Shown here piece by piece: positions 16,017 through 25,653 of a stretch of DNA of 64,000 nucleotides (the stretch's first letter is position 1; each line of letters starts with the position of its first letter). Where the stretch lies: the IMG/VR virus record IMGVR_UViG_3300042922_001182, positions 1 to 64,000 of that record. One strand, 5' to 3'. The notes beneath the pieces are model-generated. The model worked only from the letters and a program-made list of their open reading frames with translations, searched no databases and was not told the origin of the DNA. Position numbers and translations under genes: made by a program.

Positions 16017-18778
16017 TACACGAGTACTCCTTCCAGTAGGATGCCGAAGTTGGCGAGGGTGGCGTCCTGCGTGGCAGGAGGGGTGACCAGGATGAGGTCA
16101 TCCACGTTGAAGGTCACCTCGCTGGCGAACGTGAAGGTACCGTCGTTGGCGCCAAGCCCGAAGTTTACGGAGCCTACGGCGGTACCGTTCTTCAGGATAG
16201 CGCAGGTCTTGGCTGCGGTCGAGGCGGCGTCGACGGCGTAGGCCGACGAGCCGGGTAGACCGGCCGGAAGCTTGAACGCCCGTTTGACTTTGTGGATGTA
16301 GATGTAGTCCGTGGTGAGCGGCTTGCCCATGACCCCGAAGTGGACGGGCCAGAGGGACACGGGGGCGACCGCCTCCAGATCGGCCCTGGAGAGCTCGATG
16401 CCGCCGTCGAGCTTGCGCTGGACGATGGCGTTCGGGACCACCAGGGTGGAAGGCGCGTTCCCACCGAGGGTAGCCGCGTTGCTGCCGCTGATCGCCGCCG
16501 TGCTGGCCGACATGGCGATCCGGACGTTCTTCGCGGGGATCTTACCGGGTAGGTACTTGATCTTCCTCGGGGTGGTCTCCAGGATCTGGAAGTCGACATC
16601 GACGTAGGCGTGCTGGCCGTCGCCGTGGATGACCCAAGGGTTCTGACCCTCGCCGGGGATGACGTACTCGTCGGTGACGCCGTCGCTGACCGCCACGATC
16701 TGCGGGCTGAGCATGGCACCGGCCCCGCCGCTGCCGACCTGCTTGGCCTCCCCCTCGATGAACATCATCAGGCTCGTGCCGTCGTTCCAGATGTCGCCCT
16801 CCACCGGAACGGTGGGCGTGATACCGGCGGCGATGTTGATGCTGCTGGCACCGGCGGTGGAGGCGGCAAAGCCGACCCTGCTACCGAAGCTGAGGGAGCT
16901 GCCCCCGGAGGTCATCACCTGCTGCGTGGTGCCGTTGACCCTGACGAAGACCCCGCCCGTGGTGGTCCACACGTCGCCGTTGACCGGGGCGGAGGGCGCA
17001 GCGCCGTGCGGCAGGTTGACGCTCGCAGCGCCGGTGGCCGATGCGACGAACGTCTGCTTGACGTTGAAGGAGTTGTCCAGGCTGGTGACGCACAGCGTCC
17101 TCGTCGCGCCGTTGATGCGGACGAAGGTGCCACCCGTCGTGGTCCACAGGTCGCCGTTAACCGGGGCCGTGGGGGCCGCGCCGTGTGGGAGGTTAAGACC
17201 GGCCGCCGAAGTCGTCGAAGCCGCTAACGTCGTCTTGCCGGAGACCGTCAGGGCGCTTCCGACGCTGAGGTTAGCGCTGACGCCGAGGGTCGATGCGGCG
17301 GACCTCTCCAGCCAGACATCAGAGGCATCCGCACCGGAGCTCCACTCCAACCTGCCGTAGGTCATGAAGCTGAACCGGCTGTAGGGCTCCCCTGTTACCG
17401 ATGCCGTAAAGGCAGAGGTAACAGCATTGTCGTTGCGAATGCTGAGGATGCTGTTGACGATGTACTGGGAACCGGTGAAGAGGTTGCTGCCCAGCTGTGC
17501 CAGCTGCTGCGTGGCACCGCCAATGCGAACAAACGCCCCTGTCGAGGTGGTCCACACGTCGCCGTTGACCGGGGCCGTGGGGGTCGCACCGTGGGGCACG
17601 TTGAAGCTGGCCTCGGAGGTCGTCGAGGCAACGAAGCTAACCTTACCGCTGAAGGACATCGCCCCGCTGCTAGAGGTCATCAGCTGCTGGGTGACGCCGT
17701 TGACGCGAACGAAAGCTCCACCGGTGGTGGTCCACACGTCGCCGTTGACCGGTGCCGTGGGGGCCGCACCGTGGGGGACGTTGAGACCCGCCGCACCGGC
17801 CGCCGAAGCCGCCGTGGCGAGCTTCCCGGTGAACGCGCCGCCCACCGCCGTGAGGTTCCGGACGAGGGTCAGGTCCCCGAGGCCGTTCAGCGTGGCCGCC
17901 AGGGTCGTGCCGCCGTACCACTTGAAGCCGTAGGCGCCGGTCGCCTGGGGGGCGGTGAACCAGGTGTGCCCCGATTCGACGCCGATGGCGTGGTCGACGG
18001 TAGCCGCCGCCATCAGGGAGTACAGGACGACCTTCGTGCCGTTGGAACGGGTCGTGAAGGTGGGTGCCGCCGAGCCGACGGTCCCCCAGTCCACCGTGTT
18101 GCTGGTCGCACCGGAGAGCGAGATGCCGCCTGCGGTCTTGATCTGGCCCTTGGAGTAGACGCCGTTGGTGGGCAGCAGGCTCGCGTCCGAGTAGACGTCA
18201 GATGCCAGGAGCTGCCTGGCGTACGCCGCCTGCGCACCGCTGCCATTGGTGTAGAAGGCGATGGCATTGTTGGAGTGCACTTTGCCAGGCGTTAGGAAGA
18301 GGTCGCCTCCGAGCGTGAGATCGGCGGTGGTGTTGAAGGTCGGCATCGCGTACGCCGTCAGAGCGGTCCCGACGTCGTCGTAGCTAGCGCCCTTGATCCC
18401 GCTCGCCACCAGGGCGGTCGGCGTCCCCGTGGGGGCCGACGCCGTGGTGGTCCGCAGCAGGTCGTAGGAGTAGGCGTTGGGGACCGCCGTCCATGAGACC
18501 CGGTTGTAGTTGATGGCCGAGAGGACGGCGTTACCCGTGGTGGTGGAACCGGCCGGACCCACCAGGGTCTTACCGCCCCCTCGGTCGGTCGCGACCAACC
18601 AGTAGTAGTACGTGGTGGCCCCGGCGGTGCCGGTGGGAGTGACAGTGGGCGCCCCCGGCGTGGCCACCGGAACGGTGCTCACACGGCCGTTGACGACGAC
18701 CATGCTGGCCGTTACAGGACCGCCTTGGTAGACAGCCGTTGCGCCACCCACCGTGGTGCCTTTGCGAAGGATGCCCAT
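16016..18778 (-). CDS. Long tail fibre protein with internal repeats
   Basis: GAGGAG SD supports ATG18778; G/T/A-rich; repeated PHGAAPTAPVNGDVWTTTGG. Confidence 0.8.
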   Translation of the reverse strand: MGILRKGTTVGGATAVYQGGPVTASMVVVNGRVSTVPVATPGAPTVTPTGTAGATTYYYWLVATDRGGGKTLVGPAGSTTTGNAVLSAINYNRVSWTAVPNAYSYDLLRTTTASAPTGTPTALVASGIKGASYDDVGTALTAYAMPTFNTTADLTLGGDLFLTPGKVHSNNAIAFYTNGSGAQAAYARQLLASDVYSDASLLPTNGVYSKGQIKTAGGISLSGATSNTVDWGTVGSAAPTFTTRSNGTKVVLYSLMAAATVDHAIGVESGHTWFTAPQATGAYGFKWYGGTTLAATLNGLGDLTLVRNLTAVGGAFTGKLATAASAAGAAGLNVPHGAAPTAPVNGDVWTTTGGAFVRVNGVTQQLMTSSSGAMSFSGKVSFVASTTSEASFNVPHGATPTAPVNGDVWTTSTGAFVRIGGATQQLAQLGSNLFTGSQYIVNSILSIRNDNAVTSAFTASVTGEPYSRFSFMTYGRLEWSSGADASDVWLERSAASTLGVSANLSVGSALTVSGKTTLAASTTSAAGLNLPHGAAPTAPVNGDLWTTTGGTFVRINGATRTLCVTSLDNSFNVKQTFVASATGAASVNLPHGAAPSAPVNGDVWTTTGGVFVRVNGTTQQVMTSGGSSLSFGSRVGFAASTAGASSINIAAGITPTVPVEGDIWNDGTSLMMFIEGEAKQVGSGGAGAMLSPQIVAVSDGVTDEYVIPGEGQNPWVIHGDGQHAYVDVDFQILETTPRKIKYLPGKIPAKNVRIAMSASTAAISGSNAATLGGNAPSTLVVPNAIVQRKLDGGIELSRADLEAVAPVSLWPVHFGVMGKPLTTDYIYIHKVKRAFKLPAGLPGSSAYAVDAASTAAKTCAILKNGTAVGSVNFGLGANDGTFTFASEVTFNVDDLILVTPPATQDATLANFGILLEGVLV
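16790..17800 (-). repeat. Four to five dispersed copies of a PHGAAPTAPVNGDVWTT module
   Basis: DNA ccacacgtcgccgttgaccgg or close variants near 16967, 17143, 17552 and 17732. Confidence 0.8.
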
Positions 18779-18798
18779 ATCTATTATCTCCTCTACAG

Positions 18799-21700
18799 TT
18801 ATGCTTCGATTATCTCGTTGACCGTGAGAGCGTGGTGGGACACGCTCATGGGTACCGGCGATACCTTGCGAATGACCATGTTGCGCCAACGGAACGTTCC
18901 GTTCGACGCTCCGTTAGAGGCCGCTGGGTACACATGGCAAAGCTGGGAATCGTCGGCCACGAAGGTGATCTCCTTTGTCACCCAGGTCTCTTCAGGGAGG
19001 TCTCTCCAGTAGGGACCGTCGACGTTTCCACCCCCCTGCACTCCCTCCGCCCTCAGCACCCTTGACCAACTACCTGTCGCCGTAGAACCGGAAGACCTCC
19101 AGAACTCTCCAGAGAAGACGTAGGTAGCGCCCACCTCTAGATTGGTCATGGCGTATCCGCTAAAGGAGTTGGTTGCCGCTACGTCGATAGCTAGCTCGTA
19201 GTACCGGCCGTCGTCATTCTTGACAACAACGGATCCGGTTCCGCTGTATGGCGTCACCCTCATGAGATCGGGATCCGGCCACAGGTTCTCACCATTCTCG
19301 ACGATACATGGGGTTGTTACGCGACCGTCCTTGCTAAGGACCAGGTCCGATTTGAACAGCTTCTTGGCCTCCTTGGCCTCCAGCGCCCTGTCGTAGACCG
19401 ATAGGGACTCGGTCCAGGAGTTGAAGCCGTTGTTGTAGCCGCAACCGTCTGCCGCCGCCAACGAGCCGTCGCCGTTGAGGACCTTGTTGAGGGTGAAGCC
19501 CGAAGGGATCCCCCCGGCGTTGACCTCCTCCAGCTCGGCGTCGGTCAACATCCGGTCGTACGCGGTGATCCCGTGGTAGACGTTACCGCTGGAATCACGG
19601 ATGTGGAGGACGCTGCCGTTCCAGGTGGAGATCGGGTCGGCGATCGTCCACGGGCCGTACTTGACGCCGTCCGTATAGACGTAGAACGTATCCCTGTTGG
19701 TCCACATGACGACGGATCGACGCCGCTCGTTCTGCTTGTACCAGCCGGAGTTGTACGGCCGAACCGTCGGTGTAGCAGACCATCCGGAGTTCGATCCTCC
19801 CTTGATGTAGAGCCGTAGGTTGGGATCCGTTATGGCGGTGGAGGACTGGTAGAACGCCCATAGCACCAGGGAGCTGTTGCTGTGGTAGTTGCCGAGCTCG
19901 AATACCCTGGCGCTCACCGCCTGGTCCCAGAAGGAGGACTCTTCCCTAGTCGGGGTCCAGTCCACTACGATCGAGCCCTCTACCGGAGAGGGCGGTGCCT
20001 CGAAGGTCAGCGAGAACTGCTCGGTGCTCCTCGACCCGATCGCGCCGTTGGTCGGGATGAGGGATGTAACGAGGCCGAACTCCAATTGGAACCCTGCGGT
20101 ATCCGCCGTGAAGTCAGCCCTACAACGGTAGACCGCTCCTATCGTCATGGCATCGAGGGCACCAGCCGGGAGGGTGGGAAGCCGTAAGACCACGCGGACC
20201 CAATCGCCCACGACGGTGTTGTTAGCCCCGAACCAATTTGGCTCTGCGGTAACCTGGTCTGCGGTCAGCCACGACGCTAAATCAGACGACAGGTAGTATT
20301 CCGCACCACCAACGGTGGCGCGAATATGACTCTTCCCGACGGCCCCCGCTACGCTGGACCTCAGCCAGTACGAGATGAAGGGCTTGAGACTGCTGTTGCT
20401 GGGCATGGCGCCTACGGTGGGGACCACTCCGAAGGCGATATCGGCCGTCGCCCCCTGCACCCATGCGGTCCCGGGCTGGGAGGCTCCGTCGATGACGAAC
20501 GTCGTCTTCGTCACGGAGGCAGCACCGACCACGCTGTCGGACATGTTCTGGAACCCCGAGTACAGGACGTAGTTGGCGCTGGTGATGTCGGTCAGCATCC
20601 CGACCGAACCGGCCACCCTGACGAAGCGCGGTTTGTTGGCCGCGTAGGAGGTGACACCCCAGTGCGCCAGGCTCGCCCGGGTGAAGTTGACCTGGGCGGC
20701 CGTGGTCGTGAAGAAGTCCACCGGCAGCTTCGCGGTCTGGTACCGGACGTTCGGGTGGACGCTCAGGCGGGCGGAGGCGACCCTGTTGGGAGAGGTCGAC
20801 AGCAGCTCGTTGTAGCCCTGCGTGTTGTCGGTGAGATAGAAGATCGCTCCTCCGTTGTCACCATCCATGCCCCACAGCTCGACGCAGTTCCAGCCGACCT
20901 TGAGGTCGATGTAGTTGTCAGGCGCGTTCTCACCGGTCGGGGCCGTGTAGCCCCCCATGGCCTGCGCGTCCCGGCCGTTGACCCGGATGCTGCCGCCGTT
21001 GTCGTTGTGGTAGCGGTGCCAGATCCGGACGTCCGCGTCCGAGTACACGAAGGTGCGGATCAGGTAACCCGCCTTGTCGGTGCTCTGGTTCAGGGCGACC
21101 TGGTAGGCCGAGTCCGAGACGGTTCCGTCCGTCGCCTTGAGGTTGTCGAGAGCCGCGAAGTTGTAGCTGACCGTGGGTCGGTGGTACCTGAAGCGGGCCC
21201 ACCTGTCCTCGTAGGCGGTGGTGGCCACGCCGTTCTCGTAGAGGACGAACGTGTCGCCGGACTTGGTGAGCACGAGGTGCTCGGAATCCGCCGTGGCGAT
21301 GCTCCGACGCCTTCCGGCAAGCGTGTGGTCCCCCGGGAGCGGGTGCTGTCCCAGGTTCAGCCTAGAGTACGGGCTGGTGCGAGGGGCCGACTCCGTGGCC
21401 GGGGAGTGATAGGACTTCGTCAGCTGGATGTCCCACACCTCCAGCACCATGCCCGCGAGAACCAGGATGTCGGTGAAGCGGTAAACGACGTCGTATGTGG
21501 CCCTTGCCTTGGTGAGGGACTCAAAGATGAAGTCGGAGTAGGCGATCTTCTTGAAGTCCGCCGCCACGGGGACGATGTCGCAGAAGTCGCTCATCAGGTA
21601 GGACTTGGTCGGACCCGCCTCCTGCCTGTACCGCAGGGAGGTGGTGTACGTCTCGCCGTTCGTGAAGACGGACTGGTTCCAGAGGAGGCGAATAGTGGTC

Positions 21701-22542
21701 TGACCCGAGCCGAAGGAGGAGGCGTCGATCCTCCAACGACCGTCGCCCATGTCTGTGATGGGGATGACGTTGCCGTCCACCCTGCTGAGGGTGAAGTTGG
21801 TGGCCCCCGCGCTCGTGAGCGCAAGGTTCTGGGAAGGTTGGCCGATGAAGACCCCCTTCTCGTCGTCCAGGGCGGCGTCGGTCGCGGTGATCAGCTCGAC
21901 GTCGATCCTGTGGAAGGCGATGTTGCCGATGTAGCCGGTGAACGGGTAGTGGCTGCCGCTGACGATGGTGCGGCCGTCCCCAACGATGATCGTGTCCGTC
22001 TTGATCTCCCGGGCGCCGGTCATCGGGTTACCGCTCATCGCCTGTAGGACACCGTCGTAGTAGATCTTGCTCTTGTTGGTGTCGGCCGTGTCGATCAGGT
22101 AGGCGACGTGCACCCGCTTGGAGGCCGGGTACAGCGCCCCCCAGGTCTGGGACGCCCAGGCGTTGAGGCCCAGGCGCCCCCCGGTGACGAAGAGATCCAT
22201 GTTGCTGTCGCCACCTGGGGTGGGAAAACCGATCGGCATCCCCCCGGTCCCGTCCATGAGCATGTCGAACTCGACCATGACGTACCTGGACCCGGTGATG
22301 CCGGGGGCCGTGAACGTCTTGAACTTGCTGAGCTTGATCAGGTCAGGGTGGTCGGGGTGCGTCACGCCTTCGAGCTGTTCCGCGACGACCTCCAGGAGGG
22401 GGGTCGGCTCCGGCGTCCCGTCGAACGGGAAGTGGGCCAGGAGGCCCTTGGTGACGTTGGGGAGCCTCTCGTGGAGGCCATCGGTCGGGTGACCGATGGC
22501 CTTGAACTGCCCGTGACGGGAGAGGGATGCGATCTTAGGCAT
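18799..22542 (-). CDS. Large tail protein with LamG/concanavalin-like and CBM-like domains
   Basis: 1247 aa; GLLAHFPFDG, YDRMLTDAEL, YDRALEAKE motifs. Confidence 0.75.
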   Translation of the reverse strand: MPKIASLSRHGQFKAIGHPTDGLHERLPNVTKGLLAHFPFDGTPEPTPLLEVVAEQLEGVTHPDHPDLIKLSKFKTFTAPGITGSRYVMVEFDMLMDGTGGMPIGFPTPGGDSNMDLFVTGGRLGLNAWASQTWGALYPASKRVHVAYLIDTADTNKSKIYYDGVLQAMSGNPMTGAREIKTDTIIVGDGRTIVSGSHYPFTGYIGNIAFHRIDVELITATDAALDDEKGVFIGQPSQNLALTSAGATNFTLSRVDGNVIPITDMGDGRWRIDASSFGSGQTTIRLLWNQSVFTNGETYTTSLRYRQEAGPTKSYLMSDFCDIVPVAADFKKIAYSDFIFESLTKARATYDVVYRFTDILVLAGMVLEVWDIQLTKSYHSPATESAPRTSPYSRLNLGQHPLPGDHTLAGRRRSIATADSEHLVLTKSGDTFVLYENGVATTAYEDRWARFRYHRPTVSYNFAALDNLKATDGTVSDSAYQVALNQSTDKAGYLIRTFVYSDADVRIWHRYHNDNGGSIRVNGRDAQAMGGYTAPTGENAPDNYIDLKVGWNCVELWGMDGDNGGAIFYLTDNTQGYNELLSTSPNRVASARLSVHPNVRYQTAKLPVDFFTTTAAQVNFTRASLAHWGVTSYAANKPRFVRVAGSVGMLTDITSANYVLYSGFQNMSDSVVGAASVTKTTFVIDGASQPGTAWVQGATADIAFGVVPTVGAMPSNSSLKPFISYWLRSSVAGAVGKSHIRATVGGAEYYLSSDLASWLTADQVTAEPNWFGANNTVVGDWVRVVLRLPTLPAGALDAMTIGAVYRCRADFTADTAGFQLEFGLVTSLIPTNGAIGSRSTEQFSLTFEAPPSPVEGSIVVDWTPTREESSFWDQAVSARVFELGNYHSNSSLVLWAFYQSSTAITDPNLRLYIKGGSNSGWSATPTVRPYNSGWYKQNERRRSVVMWTNRDTFYVYTDGVKYGPWTIADPISTWNGSVLHIRDSSGNVYHGITAYDRMLTDAELEEVNAGGIPSGFTLNKVLNGDGSLAAADGCGYNNGFNSWTESLSVYDRALEAKEAKKLFKSDLVLSKDGRVTTPCIVENGENLWPDPDLMRVTPYSGTGSVVVKNDDGRYYELAIDVAATNSFSGYAMTNLEVGATYVFSGEFWRSSGSTATGSWSRVLRAEGVQGGGNVDGPYWRDLPEETWVTKEITFVADDSQLCHVYPAASNGASNGTFRWRNMVIRKVSPVPMSVSHHALTVNEIIEA

Positions 22543-22552
22543 TGGTTGTCTC

Positions 22553-25500
22553 CTATGAGAAGATGAAGTCCAGTGTGTCGTCGGTCTCGTTGTACTCGAT
22601 GGAGAACTTGTTAGCGGTGGTGGTGGACTTGATCTCCACCGACGGGGCCGTGACGGGCACCGTGGAGTCGATCGAGGTCGCGCCCACCGTCATCCGGGTT
22701 GTCCCGGCTGCGGCGAGGTTGACCACCAGGCCCTTGACGTCCAGGTTCCTCCAGGCGGCCCCCGTGCGGTCGTAGGCCTGCAGGACGCCGACCCCACCGG
22801 TGTACATCAGCTCAGCGCCCGCCCCGGCCCCGGGGGTGCCGGTGCCGGTCACTCGGAAGCCGTGGCTGACGTCGGTCAGGGACGAGTTGATGACCACCCG
22901 GTCGACCCCGGAGGTCCGGAGGGATACGAACGAACCGTCGACGTAGATGCCCTTGTAGGCGCTGGCGGTACGGTCGTACGACCTGATGAAACCGGCTGCA
23001 GAGCCGTCGTGAGAGAGCTCTAGACCGGTACCGGAGGTCGGGGTGCTGGTCCCGGAGACCCTGAACGCCTGGGCGTTATCGGTCCAGACCGAGCCGACCG
23101 CGAGCTTGGTAGAGCCATCCGGCCGTAGGTTGATGGTAGACGCTTCGACGTTCAGCGCCTTGTAGACGGAGCCAGTTCTGTCGTAGGCTCGAATGTAACC
23201 GGTGTTGGAACCCAGCGCGTACTCCATCTCGACACCGGCACCAGAAGCAGGGACGGTCTGGGCGGTGGCGCGGACCATGCCGGTGACGTCCAGCTTGGCC
23301 TTAGGGTCGCTGTTGCCGATGCCCAGACCTGCCGCATTGAGCCATGCGACGGCGGTGGGGGTGAAGGTGGCCTCTGCGGTGAGACCGGTGTTGACGTACC
23401 AGGCGTGGTAGCTACCGGCCCCGGAGTAGATGCTGGCGGCGGTCTGCTTGGCCACGTAGGCGTTGCCGTTGAAGGTCGCGCCCCAGTAGAGGTGGGTCGC
23501 GCTGTTCGACCCCCTGAGGAAGCCCTGCCCCGCAGTGGCGCCGAAGGCGATCTGGGAGTTGTTGGTGGAGTCCTGGACCTCAAGCTTGGCCGCCGCGTTG
23601 GCCGCCGCGCCGATCATCAGGCCAGAGCCCGTTCCGGTGTGGTAACGCATCAGCTCGGTGGCGCCGTTGTACCACTTGAAGTTGTTGTTGGACGCGCCGG
23701 GAAGGCCGAACCAGATCGACTGGGACTCGACGCCGATGGCGTAGTCCGCGTTGCCCGCGCTCAGGGAGTTGTGGAGGATGATCTTCACGCCGAGGGAGCG
23801 GGTGGTGACCGTGGGGGCCGCCACGCCGACGGTGCCGAAGTTGATTCGGTTGCTGGCGGCGTGGGCCAGCGTGAGGTCGCCGCCCGCGAGCGTGAAGTTG
23901 TGGTCCGTCCGGAGGTTACCGGCCGAGGGGCGGTACAGGTTGGTGTCGCGGGCGTTGGTGCCGTCGCCCCACGTCTGGGCGCCGCTGACCTGCAGCGCCC
24001 ACCGGGCCTGCGCGTCGCCGGGGACGCTCGTGTAGAGGGCGATCGCCCCGGCCGACGCGTTGCTGATGCTCTGGCCAGCGGCGAACGAGTTGACCGCGCT
24101 CTTGAGCGCGACGTTGTTGGAGAGGGCGGTATCGGCCACGCTGCCGTTGGGCAGGGTCACCGTTCCGGTGACGGTGAGCCCGGACGAGGCGGTGACGAGG
24201 CCCGAGAAGGTGGCGCTGTTGTTGGCTCCGAGGGTGAACGCCGCCGCGTTGGGCGCTGCCCCCTGGGTGGAACCGTAGTGGAACCCCAGGGAGTTGGTGG
24301 TGCCGTCCAGGAAGACCCTCCACCTTTCGGCGAACGTGTCGCCATAGTTGTTGCCGAAGGTGAGGGCGGCGGCCGAGTTTGGACCGGAACCCTCGATTGT
24401 CAGGCCGCCATAGCCGCCGCCGTGTCGGATGCGCGTTTGGCCGTGGTTACCGGTCGTCAGGACGGCACCGGCTGCGGTCAGGGCTCCCGCGATGGCGGCG
24501 TTGCCAGTCGTGCTGCTCACCGTCAGCTTGGCACCGGCCGCGCTGAAGTCCCCGGTCGTGGTAACGGCGCCAGCGTTGACGGTCGCCAGGCTCGACGTCC
24601 CGGTCACCGCCAGGGTACCCGCCACGGCGGTGTTGCCGGTGGCGGCGGCGACCGTGAACTTGTTGGTCGCGATGGAGAAGTCGCCGGTAACACCGAGGGT
24701 GGACGAAAGGGTCGTAGCTCCCGTCACCGCCAGGGTACCCGCCACGGCGGTGTTGCCGGTGGCCGCCGTTACCGTGAACTTGCTGGTGTTGACAGAGAAG
24801 TCGCTCGTTACGCCAAGGGTCGAGGAGAGCGTAACAGCACCGGTCACCGCGAGGGTACCAGCGATGCCAGTGTTACCTGTCGCCGCTGCCACTGTGAACT
24901 TGTTGGTGTTGATGGCGAAGTTACCGGTCACCACGAGAGTAGAGGACAGAGTCGCAGCGCCCGTCACTGCCAAGGTGCCAGCCATGGCGGTGTTGCCAGT
25001 CGCAGCCGCGACCGTGAACTTGTTGGTGGCAACGGAGAAGTCGCCGGTCACGCCGAGGGTGGACGAAAGCGTTACAGCGCCCGTCACCGAAAGGGTGGAG
25101 GACAGCGTCGTAGCGCCCGTAACCGCGAGGGTGCCAGCCACGACGGTGTTGCCGGTGGCGGCGGCCACGGTGAACTTGTTGGTGGCAACGGAGAGGTCTC
25201 CGGTCACGCCTAGGGTGGAGGACAGTGTCGTAGCGCCCGTAACCGCGAGGGTGCCAGCCACGACGGTGTTGCCGGTGGCGGCGGCCACGGTGAACTTGTT
25301 GGTGTTGACCGCAAAGTTACCGGTGACGCCTAAGGTGGACGACAGGGTAGCCGCGCCCGTCACCGTCAGGGCCCCACCGACCGCCAGGGCGTCGTCGGTC
25401 TTCAGCTGGTTGGCGGCCCCCCAGTAGAGGTTGACGTCCGCCCCGAAGAGGAGCTTCTTCGCCTGGGCGATCGTCTGGTCCTCGGTGAACGTCTGCGGTG

Positions 25501-25627
25501 CGTCCACCAGGGCCGCCCTGCCCAGCCTCGTCGCCACGCTCTCCGTGGCGCTGTATGGAATCCCGGAGGCCTTCAGACCCGTTGGAGAGTTGAAGCTAAG
25601 GTCCAGGAAGTGAGAGTAGATTCTCAT
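22553..25627 (-). CDS. Long tail fibre protein with 40-aa tandem repeats
   Basis: 1024 aa; TNKFTVAAATGNT..AGTLAVTGA..LSSTLGVTG repeated six times; three C-terminal YDRT modules. Confidence 0.8.
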   Translation of the reverse strand: MRIYSHFLDLSFNSPTGLKASGIPYSATESVATRLGRAALVDAPQTFTEDQTIAQAKKLLFGADVNLYWGAANQLKTDDALAVGGALTVTGAATLSSTLGVTGNFAVNTNKFTVAAATGNTVVAGTLAVTGATTLSSTLGVTGDLSVATNKFTVAAATGNTVVAGTLAVTGATTLSSTLSVTGAVTLSSTLGVTGDFSVATNKFTVAAATGNTAMAGTLAVTGAATLSSTLVVTGNFAINTNKFTVAAATGNTGIAGTLAVTGAVTLSSTLGVTSDFSVNTSKFTVTAATGNTAVAGTLAVTGATTLSSTLGVTGDFSIATNKFTVAAATGNTAVAGTLAVTGTSSLATVNAGAVTTTGDFSAAGAKLTVSSTTGNAAIAGALTAAGAVLTTGNHGQTRIRHGGGYGGLTIEGSGPNSAAALTFGNNYGDTFAERWRVFLDGTTNSLGFHYGSTQGAAPNAAAFTLGANNSATFSGLVTASSGLTVTGTVTLPNGSVADTALSNNVALKSAVNSFAAGQSISNASAGAIALYTSVPGDAQARWALQVSGAQTWGDGTNARDTNLYRPSAGNLRTDHNFTLAGGDLTLAHAASNRINFGTVGVAAPTVTTRSLGVKIILHNSLSAGNADYAIGVESQSIWFGLPGASNNNFKWYNGATELMRYHTGTGSGLMIGAAANAAAKLEVQDSTNNSQIAFGATAGQGFLRGSNSATHLYWGATFNGNAYVAKQTAASIYSGAGSYHAWYVNTGLTAEATFTPTAVAWLNAAGLGIGNSDPKAKLDVTGMVRATAQTVPASGAGVEMEYALGSNTGYIRAYDRTGSVYKALNVEASTINLRPDGSTKLAVGSVWTDNAQAFRVSGTSTPTSGTGLELSHDGSAAGFIRSYDRTASAYKGIYVDGSFVSLRTSGVDRVVINSSLTDVSHGFRVTGTGTPGAGAGAELMYTGGVGVLQAYDRTGAAWRNLDVKGLVVNLAAAGTTRMTVGATSIDSTVPVTAPSVEIKSTTTANKFSIEYNETDDTLDFIFS
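24600..25380 (-). repeat. ~120-bp tandem coding repeat (about 6 units)
   Basis: 25092-25184 and 25212-25304 are identical except for 1 nt; other units differ mainly at synonymous sites. Confidence 0.9.
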
Positions 25628-25653
25628 CCTCTTCTCCTATCTCTTTCTTTATG

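Noticed and set aside
24600-25380. CRISPR-like periodic repeats
   Set aside because: In-frame 120-bp coding repeats with no unique spacers and no cas genes
7962-25627. Diversity-generating retroelement or invertible shufflon acting on tail fibres
   Set aside because: No reverse transcriptase or recombinase in the window, no adenine-specific TR/VR pair, and no inverted crossover sites seen
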